Source of the DNA: a virus
IMG/VR virus record: IMGVR_UViG_3300032272_000003
Location: 64,001-128,000 of that record
Strand: one strand, 5' to 3'
Length of the DNA stretch: 64,000 bases
Shown here: positions 45,586 through 53,977 of the stretch, one piece after another
Layout of the letters: each line of letters starts with the position of its first letter
Position numbering within the stretch: the first letter of the stretch is position 1
Notes under the pieces: model-generated
What the model saw: the letters and a program-made list of their open reading frames with translations, nothing else
What the model was told of the DNA's origin: nothing
Databases searched by the model: none
Program-made: the position numbers and the translations under genes

Positions 45586-45593
45586 CATAAATA
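45586..45593 (+). promoter_or_regulatory. Late promoter CATAAATA
   Basis: Directly after a terminator. Confidence 0.65.
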
Positions 45594-45659
45594 CTAATGT
45601 TATATGTATTTGGATTATATAATGTTTATGAATATTAAAATCACTAGGAATTTATCAGA

Positions 45660-48600
45660 ATGGCGGCATTAGACTTAGGAACAGCAACATCAACAGCAGT
45701 TGCTTCTACTACTGGAGCACTAACAACATCACTTGCTTTCGGTGGTACAACAACTGCTGCTGCTTCTACTACCGCTTCTTTTGGTATTGCATTCGCCTTT
45801 GACGGTACAATAACTGCAACCGCATCGGTCGCAACTGCTCCAATGGTCAATGTCATCTATTTCGATGGACAGATCGACGCAGTATCAGCAGCTGAGCGTA
45901 CAGTTGAGAGTGGTGGTAGTGGCATAGATACCAATACCAGATTGATGATGCATATGGATTCTGGAACCCCAACAGATTCATCGCAATATGGGGTTACTTG
46001 TGTTGGTGCTTATCCAAGCGCAACACAAACGAAATTTGGAGCAAACTCATACTTCTATGACGGTAACGGACAAAACACAACATGTGGCAACTTAACAGAA
46101 CTGAATATAGCTTCTGAACATACTATCGATTTCTGGGTATATAGAGACGTTGCTGATAACGGCCCTCTGATTTCAAATTGGGATACTACAACAACCAGCT
46201 ACAAAGCATTTCGTGTCTTGACTGGTGTCGATGGATCAATGGTCTATGAGATTTATGATACTGATAATGTTAGTCGTCAGATTGTTACAGCAAGCGTTAT
46301 ACCACTCGCAACATGGGTGCACGTGGCTTGTGTATTCACTGCCGGAGCACTGACTCTTTATGTTGATGGCGTTTCAGTTGGCACAATTGCTGCACCAAAT
46401 CCGATGCGAGTTCCAACATCATTCCAGACTAGAATAGCGAACTCTAGTACAAATGGGTTAAGTGCTACCGGTGGCAACAATCGTTTTCGTGGATTCATTG
46501 ATGAGATGCGTGTTAGTGATACGGCTCGCTGGACTACAAACTTCACCCCACCAACAGTAGCATATGAGGCCGGTACATCTGAACAAGTAGCTGGAGCCTT
46601 AATATCAGTAGATAAGCCTATCGCCGGTCAAATTGATGTTGAATCATCAAGTACATCAAATATTGGATTACCGATTGATTTTGGTGGTCAGATAGATACT
46701 ACTTCATCTATAAATGCTGATTTGTTGGCTGATAAAGAAATGGCCGGTCAGATCGATGCGGTATCATCCAGTGCATCATCTGATGGATTATTAGTAGATA
46801 GGCTTCTTAGTGGTCAGATCGATGCTACAGTATCACTTGATGATGGTTTGGTACTTCTCTCATCAATTAGTGGTCAGATCAATGCAAGTGCTGTTATTGT
46901 TGGGGCGGTTCTTGGGATAGAATCAACACAAAAATCAGCAATATCCACAATTCCTCTAAGCTCTTCCTCATTAGGCGGTGATGAGGTTTCTGGGTCTATC
47001 GAACTTGATCTATCTGGCACGTCTGCAATTTCAGTAGCCCCAACAAGCTCATCTCCATTGAGTGGGGTCGAAGATCAACTATCAATTGAACTCGTTCTGG
47101 ATGGAGTATCATCAATTTCGTCAGCACCAATGGGGGCATCCCCATTGAGTGGTGACGAAGACGATTTGGAGATTGTGTTTGATCTATATGGGGCAACACC
47201 CGCAGCAATATCATCAATTCCTCTAAGCTCTTCTCCATTAGGTGGTGAAGAAGACGAGGGTATCGCCCTTGGGGTTCCTGTACAATTAAGCGGTCAATCT
47301 GATTCTACCTCTACTATATCATCAAATCTAGGTGTATTGATCAATATCGATACTGATATTATAGAAGCGTATTCTTATGAAGAAAATGTAAGTCTTGATA
47401 TTGGTAAAGAATTCCAACCAACCACTGTGGTTGTAACATCAACAGTAGATGTAACCCCACTATTAGCTGATAAAGAAATAGGTGGACAAATCGATGTATT
47501 ATCAACAGTAGATGCCGGTTTTGGTATTGATATTGGTGTTGATGGTCAGATTGATGCTGTATCTTCTGTTGATGTTTCACTTGATGTAATTAAAGACCTG
47601 TCGCTACTCACACCTATCAATGCAGTTACCACTGTTAGCGTTACTGGTGAACTGCTTGTTGATAAACTATTGGGTGGTGATATTGATGTTGCATCAACAA
47701 TGTCATCACCATTAGATGGTATTAAAGTCATCTATGGTAATGTTGATGCGGTTTCAACCACAACCGGTGATGTAACTAATTTTAAATTTTTAGAAGGTAC
47801 CATTAACGCCACAAGTACCGTTGAAGATACCGATTTCTCTTACAGTATCCCATTAGGTGGGGTATGTAATGCTAACTGTACACCAACAGCAGAACTTGGC
47901 ATAGCCCAACACCTTGAAGCATACTCAAGCCCATTTGCACCAGATTGCGAAGCCACCGTAACAGCAACCATAACGAATATTAAGTATGTTGGGGCTACCT
48001 CAACTTCATCATCAAACATCGTCGGTGCTTTGGCAAATATCAAAGAACTTACCGGTGATTGTAACGCCGTGTCGTCTGGTGCTATCGATTCTGATTTGTT
48101 CTTCAATAAAGATTTGGTCGGCGATACTACAGCAACATCATCCAGCACCGGTAATACCGAGGTAAGTAAACTGTTGTCTGGTACATGCCTGACAACATCC
48201 TCATCGTCTGGAGTATCTGTTGATGTTGGTAATGATATTGAACTGATAGGCCACTCATCAACTGTATCCGTCTTAACTACTACCAATGGTACTATCACAA
48301 ACGATAGACCTATCCTGGGTAATGTGGTTGGTGCAGTAACAGCTCAAGGTACCATGAGTTCTGACGACCAACTGACCGGTGTCATTAATGTAGTATCTTC
48401 CGGTAGTGCTGAAATGATTAATAAGAGCCTCGAAGGTTCACTATCTGCTACAAGTACGGTGATTGTCGCCGCAGAGATGGCCATTGATAAACTGTTTACC
48501 TCTGATGTCGATGTAGTATCTTCCGGTAGTGCTGAAATGAACGATAACTTAGGCGTCTCATTGTATGCGGAAGAGATCACTGCGGTCTCTACTGTTGACC

Positions 48601-49028
48601 TGGCTTCTATGTCAAGAGGCTATGCCCTGGATGGTACCATCACTGGTGAGGGTACCATCACTGATGCTGTCCTCGGCACCCTGGTCGAATTCGGCTCTAC
48701 AGTAACAGTCACATCATCTGTGAACACCCCAGATGTCAATGTATATACAACAGTCGCATTTGATTCTACTGTTACAGTGACTTCAGCCGTAGTTGGTGCT
48801 GATCTTGATGTCCAGAAGACACTTGAGGCTACAGTGGAAGCTACCAGCACAACAACTGGTACCGTACTTAACACTGTGGAACTCTCAGGAGAGATCACCA
48901 CTACATCGACCTCTCATGGCTTCTTCTTCAGTGATGTTGACCTGACCAACTGGCAAACTGCTGGTCCTGTGTGGAGACTCAAGGAAGATCATCGTACATT
49001 GATTATTAAGCCTGACAGACAGTTCTAA
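45660..49028 (+). CDS. Large repetitive virion protein with LamG/concanavalin-A domain
   Basis: TIDFW, WVHVACV, LYVDG and GFIDEMRVS motifs; dozens of ~22-aa G-x-I-x-A-x-S repeats. Confidence 0.8.
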   Translation: MAALDLGTATSTAVASTTGALTTSLAFGGTTTAAASTTASFGIAFAFDGTITATASVATAPMVNVIYFDGQIDAVSAAERTVESGGSGIDTNTRLMMHMDSGTPTDSSQYGVTCVGAYPSATQTKFGANSYFYDGNGQNTTCGNLTELNIASEHTIDFWVYRDVADNGPLISNWDTTTTSYKAFRVLTGVDGSMVYEIYDTDNVSRQIVTASVIPLATWVHVACVFTAGALTLYVDGVSVGTIAAPNPMRVPTSFQTRIANSSTNGLSATGGNNRFRGFIDEMRVSDTARWTTNFTPPTVAYEAGTSEQVAGALISVDKPIAGQIDVESSSTSNIGLPIDFGGQIDTTSSINADLLADKEMAGQIDAVSSSASSDGLLVDRLLSGQIDATVSLDDGLVLLSSISGQINASAVIVGAVLGIESTQKSAISTIPLSSSSLGGDEVSGSIELDLSGTSAISVAPTSSSPLSGVEDQLSIELVLDGVSSISSAPMGASPLSGDEDDLEIVFDLYGATPAAISSIPLSSSPLGGEEDEGIALGVPVQLSGQSDSTSTISSNLGVLINIDTDIIEAYSYEENVSLDIGKEFQPTTVVVTSTVDVTPLLADKEIGGQIDVLSTVDAGFGIDIGVDGQIDAVSSVDVSLDVIKDLSLLTPINAVTTVSVTGELLVDKLLGGDIDVASTMSSPLDGIKVIYGNVDAVSTTTGDVTNFKFLEGTINATSTVEDTDFSYSIPLGGVCNANCTPTAELGIAQHLEAYSSPFAPDCEATVTATITNIKYVGATSTSSSNIVGALANIKELTGDCNAVSSGAIDSDLFFNKDLVGDTTATSSSTGNTEVSKLLSGTCLTTSSSSGVSVDVGNDIELIGHSSTVSVLTTTNGTITNDRPILGNVVGAVTAQGTMSSDDQLTGVINVVSSGSAEMINKSLEGSLSATSTVIVAAEMAIDKLFTSDVDVVSSGSAEMNDNLGVSLYAEEITAVSTVDLASMSRGYALDGTITGEGTITDAVLGTLVEFGSTVTVTSSVNTPDVNVYTTVAFDSTVTVTSAVVGADLDVQKTLEATVEATSTTTGTVLNTVELSGEITTTSTSHGFFFSDVDLTNWQTAGPVWRLKEDHRTLIIKPDRQF

Positions 49029-49034
49029 TAAATA
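49027..49034 (+). promoter_or_regulatory. Late promoter AATAAATA for adaptor/lysis operon
   Basis: Upstream of SD TAAGGA. Confidence 0.65.
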
Positions 49035-49052
49035 CAGTAATAAGGAATATAA

Positions 49053-49340
49053 ATGGCCCGTAAACGTAAAAAGATTTTTGCTAAAAACCCAGATTCTCAA
49101 TTGGATTACAACATCCAGTGGGAAGAGTGGCTTGAAGGCGATACTATTTTAAGTAGTTCATGGGACGTACCTGCTGGCTTGAATCAACTTGCCAGTAATT
49201 ATACGGTCGAAGGATTAGCCACGGTATGGCTTTCTGATGGAATCGTCGGAATAGAATACGAAGTAGTGAATACAATCGTAACATTAGCAGGAAGAATGGA
49301 CCAACGTTCAATCTTTATAAAAGTGGTGAACCTTAAATGA
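49053..49340 (+). CDS. Conserved small virion accessory (fibre adaptor-like) protein
   Basis: KNPD..LDY...W..WL.GDTI.SSSW pattern. Confidence 0.6.
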   Translation: MARKRKKIFAKNPDSQLDYNIQWEEWLEGDTILSSSWDVPAGLNQLASNYTVEGLATVWLSDGIVGIEYEVVNTIVTLAGRMDQRSIFIKVVNLK

Positions 49341-49609
49341 TTATAGATATAGCGGTATTACAATTTGCACTGACAGCTTTCTTAGGGCTGCTATCAATCG
49401 TTGGAGGATTGGTAGTTAATAGGATGTGGAAGAAGATGGATGATTTAGATAAAGCAGATCAAGACACCAATGATAAGATATTCAAATTAGGGGTATCAAT
49501 CCCTACCAAGTATGTCAGCAAAGAAGAGCTGTACAAACTTGTGGATCGTTTATTCGATGAGTTGAAGTCTATCAATGGGAAACTTGATTCTAAAAAAGAC
49601 AAAGACTAA
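49337..49609 (+). CDS. Membrane-anchored coiled-coil protein (holin-associated)
   Basis: N-terminal TM helix, YVSKEE...KLD; directly before the endolysin. Confidence 0.6.
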   Translation: MIIDIAVLQFALTAFLGLLSIVGGLVVNRMWKKMDDLDKADQDTNDKIFKLGVSIPTKYVSKEELYKLVDRLFDELKSINGKLDSKKDKD

Positions 49610-49621
49610 AAGGAGAATAAC

Positions 49622-50158
49622 ATGGCGGTATTTTTATCTACCGGTCATAACCCTAAAGCAGTAGGAGCCTGTAATGGCGATTTTTGTGAGTACCCCGAAG
49701 CTGTTGTGTGGGTGGATCGTATATCGGAGATGCTTAAAGACTATGGCATCGAAGTAGTCAAGGTACCAACCGGTACACTTGGATCAAAGGTGAGATTTAT
49801 TAATGCTCACTGTCAGAGGGGTGACATCGCCCTCGAAGTACACTTTAACAGTAACGTAAAGGCCCGTGGGTCTGAAACACTTTATTATCCGAAGTCAGTC
49901 AGGGGTATGGAATTCGCATCCCTATTACAGGCGTTCCTGGCCGGAACCTTTCAACCTGACCGTGGTATTAAAGAAGGATACCATCACGGCGCTGGTTCAA
50001 CTGGTCGTAAGTTACTATATTTTCTTGCTAAAACCAACCCAGTATCTCTTATCATAGAGCCTGAGTTCGTTTATAATAAGGACAAAATCATTGCAAAGCG
50101 TGAGCAAGGATGCCGTGCTATTGCCGCTGCTTGTAAGACTTACTTAATGGATAACTAA
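49622..50158 (+). CDS. N-acetylmuramoyl-L-alanine amidase endolysin (Amidase_3)
   Basis: GH, E, VHFN, ARGSE and IIEPEF zinc/catalytic motifs. Confidence 0.92.
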   Translation: MAVFLSTGHNPKAVGACNGDFCEYPEAVVWVDRISEMLKDYGIEVVKVPTGTLGSKVRFINAHCQRGDIALEVHFNSNVKARGSETLYYPKSVRGMEFASLLQAFLAGTFQPDRGIKEGYHHGAGSTGRKLLYFLAKTNPVSLIIEPEFVYNKDKIIAKREQGCRAIAAACKTYLMDN

Positions 50159-50161
50159 GAG

Positions 50162-50530
50162 ATGGAAGAGACTACAGTAGAGGCAACGGTAGGAATAGGT
50201 GAGATGATCGCTCCCTATGTGACCGATCCGTTCGTCATGATTATACTCGGTGCAATAGCTGCTTTACTACAGCGTGTCGTCGATAAGAATACTGACGGAG
50301 AGAAGGTATCACTATGGGGCTATATTAAGAAGAACCCCTATCGCCTTGCCATCTCTGTAGTCGGCCTCCTGGTTGGGTACTCTGTACTCCTTCAATTGGG
50401 TGAGCTTACAATCATCAACGCCCTGGGTGTTGGTTATTTCTCCCATAATGTAGTAGAGTCATTCGCTGGTAAAGTGAACTCAGGCAAGCTACAGGAGAAG
50501 GCGAAAGAAAAAGAGGAAGCCGATGACTGA
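50162..50530 (+). CDS. Putative holin
   Basis: 2-3 hydrophobic segments and a charged C-terminus, next to the endolysin. Confidence 0.6.
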   Translation: MEETTVEATVGIGEMIAPYVTDPFVMIILGAIAALLQRVVDKNTDGEKVSLWGYIKKNPYRLAISVVGLLVGYSVLLQLGELTIINALGVGYFSHNVVESFAGKVNSGKLQEKAKEKEEADD

Positions 50531-50846
50531 TTTTTATGACCTATGCGATGCACTTCTTGAGACCGTGCAGCCTAATATCCTTATTGAGAAAGCTCAAAGT
50601 GAATTTGAGACTCTCAAAAAGAATAAGAAACCTCTCACGGACGATGAACGTAAAGAGTGTATGGATTGCAAAGCTGTTTGGCACCATGGACCGAATGGTG
50701 AACCAAGTCCTGCTGTCTGGAAGTCTGTTAACCCTGATAGTGGGAAGACGACGTTCGTAACAAATACTCATCGAGCTTACAACACGGCATCCACAATGAA
50801 GGGTGCTATTAACAAATACCATAACTTTATAAAGGGGACAGCGTAA
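50523..50846 (+). CDS. Hypothetical soluble protein inside the lysis cassette
   Basis: SD GAGGA; KAVWHH and VTNTHRAY; LLE/LIE N-terminal motifs. Confidence 0.75.
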   Translation: MTDFYDLCDALLETVQPNILIEKAQSEFETLKKNKKPLTDDERKECMDCKAVWHHGPNGEPSPAVWKSVNPDSGKTTFVTNTHRAYNTASTMKGAINKYHNFIKGTA

Positions 50847-51256
50847 TGATTGGTGCAGGATTGGCCCTTAATCTATTAGGGAACAAGAAAGCCCTTATGG
50901 GTATAGCATTAGCTATTGCTATTTCCGTCGTAGGCGGGTATATTTGGTACCTGAAGAGCGACATTACATCTCTCGAAGAAGACAAGGTTGAGTTGATTCA
51001 AGAGATTGGTGGGTTGATGGTCACTATCGAGAACTTCGAATATGCCATTGCCAACCAGAACAAGAATGTCCTCGAACTGAAGAGAAAGGCTATTGATGCT
51101 GATGTGAGACTCAAGAAGGCGGTTAAGGCTGCGTCAGTACTCCGTCAGAACCATAAGAAAGAGATCAGTAGCCTGAGCACACAAAAGGTTCCACAGCAAT
51201 GTGAAAGGGCTGTAGATTGGTTGCAAGAGAAAGCTGAGGATGAATTGAAATGGTAA
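50846..51256 (+). CDS. Inner-membrane spanin (Rz-like)
   Basis: N-terminal TM helix, long coiled coil, C-terminal Cys. Confidence 0.7.
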   Translation: MIGAGLALNLLGNKKALMGIALAIAISVVGGYIWYLKSDITSLEEDKVELIQEIGGLMVTIENFEYAIANQNKNVLELKRKAIDADVRLKKAVKAASVLRQNHKKEISSLSTQKVPQQCERAVDWLQEKAEDELKW

Positions 51257-51495
51257 ATAAGCTCCCTACTATTAACAGTATTGTGAAAGTCCCGGTTACC
51301 GGTGGGTTCCACCATGCCAGGATACAGTCAGTGAGATTCTGCCCATCTGGTGATATCTATGCGACTGCTAAGATCGAACGGTCATTCATCAAAGGTGTCA
51401 TCGTTACACCTGATGATAATAAAGTGATCATTGTCCCTATACATAAGGTTGACATATCACTTGAAGGGTATAGGAATCATTATGATTACTCTTAA
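51250..51495 (+). CDS. Hypothetical SH3/KOW-like small protein
   Basis: SD GAGGA; fills the gap between the spanin genes. Confidence 0.55.
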   Translation: MVNKLPTINSIVKVPVTGGFHHARIQSVRFCPSGDIYATAKIERSFIKGVIVTPDDNKVIIVPIHKVDISLEGYRNHYDYS

Positions 51496-51796
51496 GATTA
51501 AGAACATTGCCCTGGCTGCTGTCCTGGTATTCGTATTGGGTGCCTGTGGTACCGCCCCACCTAAGATTGAGGTACGTGAAGTCCTTATCCCTGTGGCTGC
51601 TCAGTGTCCTGCACCACCTGCTGAGGCTTTTGAACGTCCTTGGTTACCTATCCATGATCTGACTGATGTTTCTACCAATGATGAAGTCGTTAAGGCTTAT
51701 GCATTGTCTGTAAAAGAACTTCAGACTTGGGGATTGACTCTCGAAGAGTATTTGAGGGGTTATATTCCTGATGAAACAGTTACAAATCCTGAATAA
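51482..51796 (+). CDS. Outer-membrane spanin lipoprotein (Rz1-like)
   Basis: Signal peptide with lipobox LGAC and a Pro-rich mature part; start ATG 51482. Confidence 0.8.
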   Translation: MITLKIKNIALAAVLVFVLGACGTAPPKIEVREVLIPVAAQCPAPPAEAFERPWLPIHDLTDVSTNDEVVKAYALSVKELQTWGLTLEEYLRGYIPDETVTNPE

Positions 51797-51802
51797 CGAT
51801 TA

Positions 51803-51839
51803 AGAATGAGCCGATTATATCCTGTATTCGGCTCATTCT
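51803..51839 (+). terminator. Long hairpin after the lysis operon
   Basis: AGAATGAGCCGA...TCGGCTCATTCT 12-bp stem. Confidence 0.7.
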
Positions 51840-51901
51840 CACAAATAACGATTGTAATCTCCCTAATAATAATAATAATATATGAATATTACGAATTTGT
51901 C

Positions 51902-51957
51902 AATATTCCCCCTAGGGGTCATGTATTTTGACCACTTTTAGAACTACTTAGTTCCCT
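51902..51957. repeat. 56-bp element, perfect inverted copy of 3671..3726
   Basis: Direct base comparison gives 56/56. Confidence 0.95.
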
Positions 51958-52024
51958 CTAATTTACACTCATTTTTAGTTTATTATGTATTGTCTATTTT
52001 AGTGTATTGTGTTACGCTATTATC

Positions 52025-52402
52025 ATGACAAATAAATTTGACTATAGAGAACTTATGATATTCAAGAACAATGTGCTACAGAGTAGCAACGAGGGTATGT
52101 TCAATATAATTGATGACATTATAGCGGCTGTCGATAACGATGCCTTTGACGCATATGCGATGCTACACACCCCGGAACTAACAGAAATACAGTGGTATGT
52201 GGTATTCTTTTGTCTAAGACACCACTACGCTATAAACGTCAACAAATGCAAGACCCAGTTTAATGGGCATAAACCCATGAAAGTAGTGATAGAGTACAAA
52301 CCCTGGCAACCACACCTACAGGCTGCTGGGAGAATGTCTTTATACTTAGAGGCGATGGCAGAATCCAAGAAAATGGTAGATGATGTGTATGCTGCCCTAT
52401 AG
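52025..52402 (+). CDS. Hypothetical protein
   Basis: ATG 52025 lies 6 nt after a possible TTGTCT-17-TACGCT promoter; ends DDVYAAL. Confidence 0.7.
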   Translation: MTNKFDYRELMIFKNNVLQSSNEGMFNIIDDIIAAVDNDAFDAYAMLHTPELTEIQWYVVFFCLRHHYAINVNKCKTQFNGHKPMKVVIEYKPWQPHLQAAGRMSLYLEAMAESKKMVDDVYAAL

Positions 52403-52721
52403 ACTCACACCTGAGAACACGCCACGATTACAATTGTCCCTGTGTGTCTGGGATGGTAACGGGTGCTTCTATAAATCAATCGTCAGGCCACATAACGTTC
52501 AGGGGTACCACTTTCTGAAAACGTTGGAGGATGGTGTATACATGGGAAGGTCATTAAACGAAGCCGCACCGATACTTTATCAAATTATCAAATACCAGAA
52601 CCAGATGGTGAGAGTTCCTAATATGACCATGGATCAAGACGCTATGATTCACTATATGTTTGAATCGGGTATGGATGTTCCTGATCTTGATGAGTACATA
52701 ACGGTACTGTGGGCATTATGA
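52380..52721 (+). CDS. Small protein, LEDGxY family
   Basis: LKTLEDGVY, AMIH; ends YITVLWAL. Confidence 0.75.
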   Translation: MMCMLPYRLTPENTPRLQLSLCVWDGNGCFYKSIVRPHNVQGYHFLKTLEDGVYMGRSLNEAAPILYQIIKYQNQMVRVPNMTMDQDAMIHYMFESGMDVPDLDEYITVLWAL

Positions 52722-53092
52722 AGGTTTATAAACTCACTGAAGAGAAATTCGTTTCATTGAAACTGGAACGGCTTTATGATACAGAGTGGTGTGGTATAAA
52801 AAGTTATTACGACATTGGTAACACGGTATTTAATGATAATAAACCCATCACCTATTTCCCATACTTAATGGCTATCGAGGATGGGTGTTACTTCTTCACC
52901 CACCGAAGGAATCAAATGGCCATCTACCTGTTGAAGCATAGAGGTGAGCTGATAGTTATAGATGATACCGATGAGGGGGAGATGGAGATATCAATGACGT
53001 ATGACATGGACGAAGCAATAATCCATGATGCGCTGTTAGATAGTTCGATAGAGGACATGGTTGGTTATCTGAGGCTGATACTTTCATTATGA
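52718..53092 (+). CDS. Small protein, LEDGxY family
   Basis: AIEDGCY, AIIH; ends YLRLILSL; ATGA-coupled. Confidence 0.75.
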   Translation: MKVYKLTEEKFVSLKLERLYDTEWCGIKSYYDIGNTVFNDNKPITYFPYLMAIEDGCYFFTHRRNQMAIYLLKHRGELIVIDDTDEGEMEISMTYDMDEAIIHDALLDSSIEDMVGYLRLILSL

Positions 53093-53415
53093 GTAACCTC
53101 GAACACATCACGAAGAAGAACTTCAAGGCCACTATGGTCCATATGACCTGGTTCAAAGTTGCTCCTTCCCAAAACCATTACATACGTAGATGGGGTGTGA
53201 ATTCCACTATAAGACTTCAAACATACCAGTCACTAACACAATTGGATGATGGAGTGTACATGGCTCTTGATAGGATGTTGATACTTTACAATGGTGAGAT
53301 GTTCTGGATGAACCGTGTTAATAATATGCACCAGGTAATTCATGATACCTTTATGGGTAAGTTTGATGATAACCTTACTCTTTACAATCGACTTAAAATT
53401 TTAATAGGAATGTAA
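53089..53415 (+). CDS. Small protein, LEDGxY family
   Basis: QLDDGVY, QVIH; ends RLKILIGM. Confidence 0.75.
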   Translation: MSNLEHITKKNFKATMVHMTWFKVAPSQNHYIRRWGVNSTIRLQTYQSLTQLDDGVYMALDRMLILYNGEMFWMNRVNNMHQVIHDTFMGKFDDNLTLYNRLKILIGM

Positions 53416-53416
53416 A

Positions 53417-53872
53417 ATGACAACACCATACATATACAAGGTGATGCAAGTAAATGTACTTCGTGGTGATACGATGGAATTGACTATCGATCTGGGGTTT
53501 GAACAGTATTTGGGTGTTACCATGAGTATCAACGGCGTTATGGTGCCCAACAGCATCGATGAGACAGAGATTACTGCTGGCGAACCTGTCAGAAAGGCTG
53601 TGCAATTGTTTATGAGACGCCACCATGAGAACAATGGTCATTGGTGGATACGTTCAGAAGAAGCAGCCAAACTAGGGGAGACTATAGTAGTTGGTGGTGA
53701 CATATACCCAACATTCGAGGATGCATGTAATTGTTATTACGGTAATAGTGTCAAAGGCTTCATACATAATACAGGGCTACACTTAACCTACCATGGTAAT
53801 GGCGATAAGGTAACAAATCTGAAAGAGATCAAACAAAATGCGGAGGTGTATCTTGTCCACGAAAATCTATAA
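53417..53872 (+). CDS. Degenerate thermonuclease (SNase-like) protein
   Basis: Y.YK...V..GDT....IDLGF pattern retained; catalytic DGDT and RL.GID.PE altered. Confidence 0.6.
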   Translation: MTTPYIYKVMQVNVLRGDTMELTIDLGFEQYLGVTMSINGVMVPNSIDETEITAGEPVRKAVQLFMRRHHENNGHWWIRSEEAAKLGETIVVGGDIYPTFEDACNCYYGNSVKGFIHNTGLHLTYHGNGDKVTNLKEIKQNAEVYLVHENL

Positions 53873-53977
53873 TGGTTTAAATTCAAATCCAATGACATTA
53901 TCCAGGCCATGAAGGACTTAAGACTCATCCAGACTATAAGGCTATTAAGGCATACATGGGCATGACCACAACGTAGA

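Noticed and set aside
51864-51880. (TAA)n microsatellite
   Set aside because: Too short and expected in AT-rich intergenic DNA; at most part of an unwinding region
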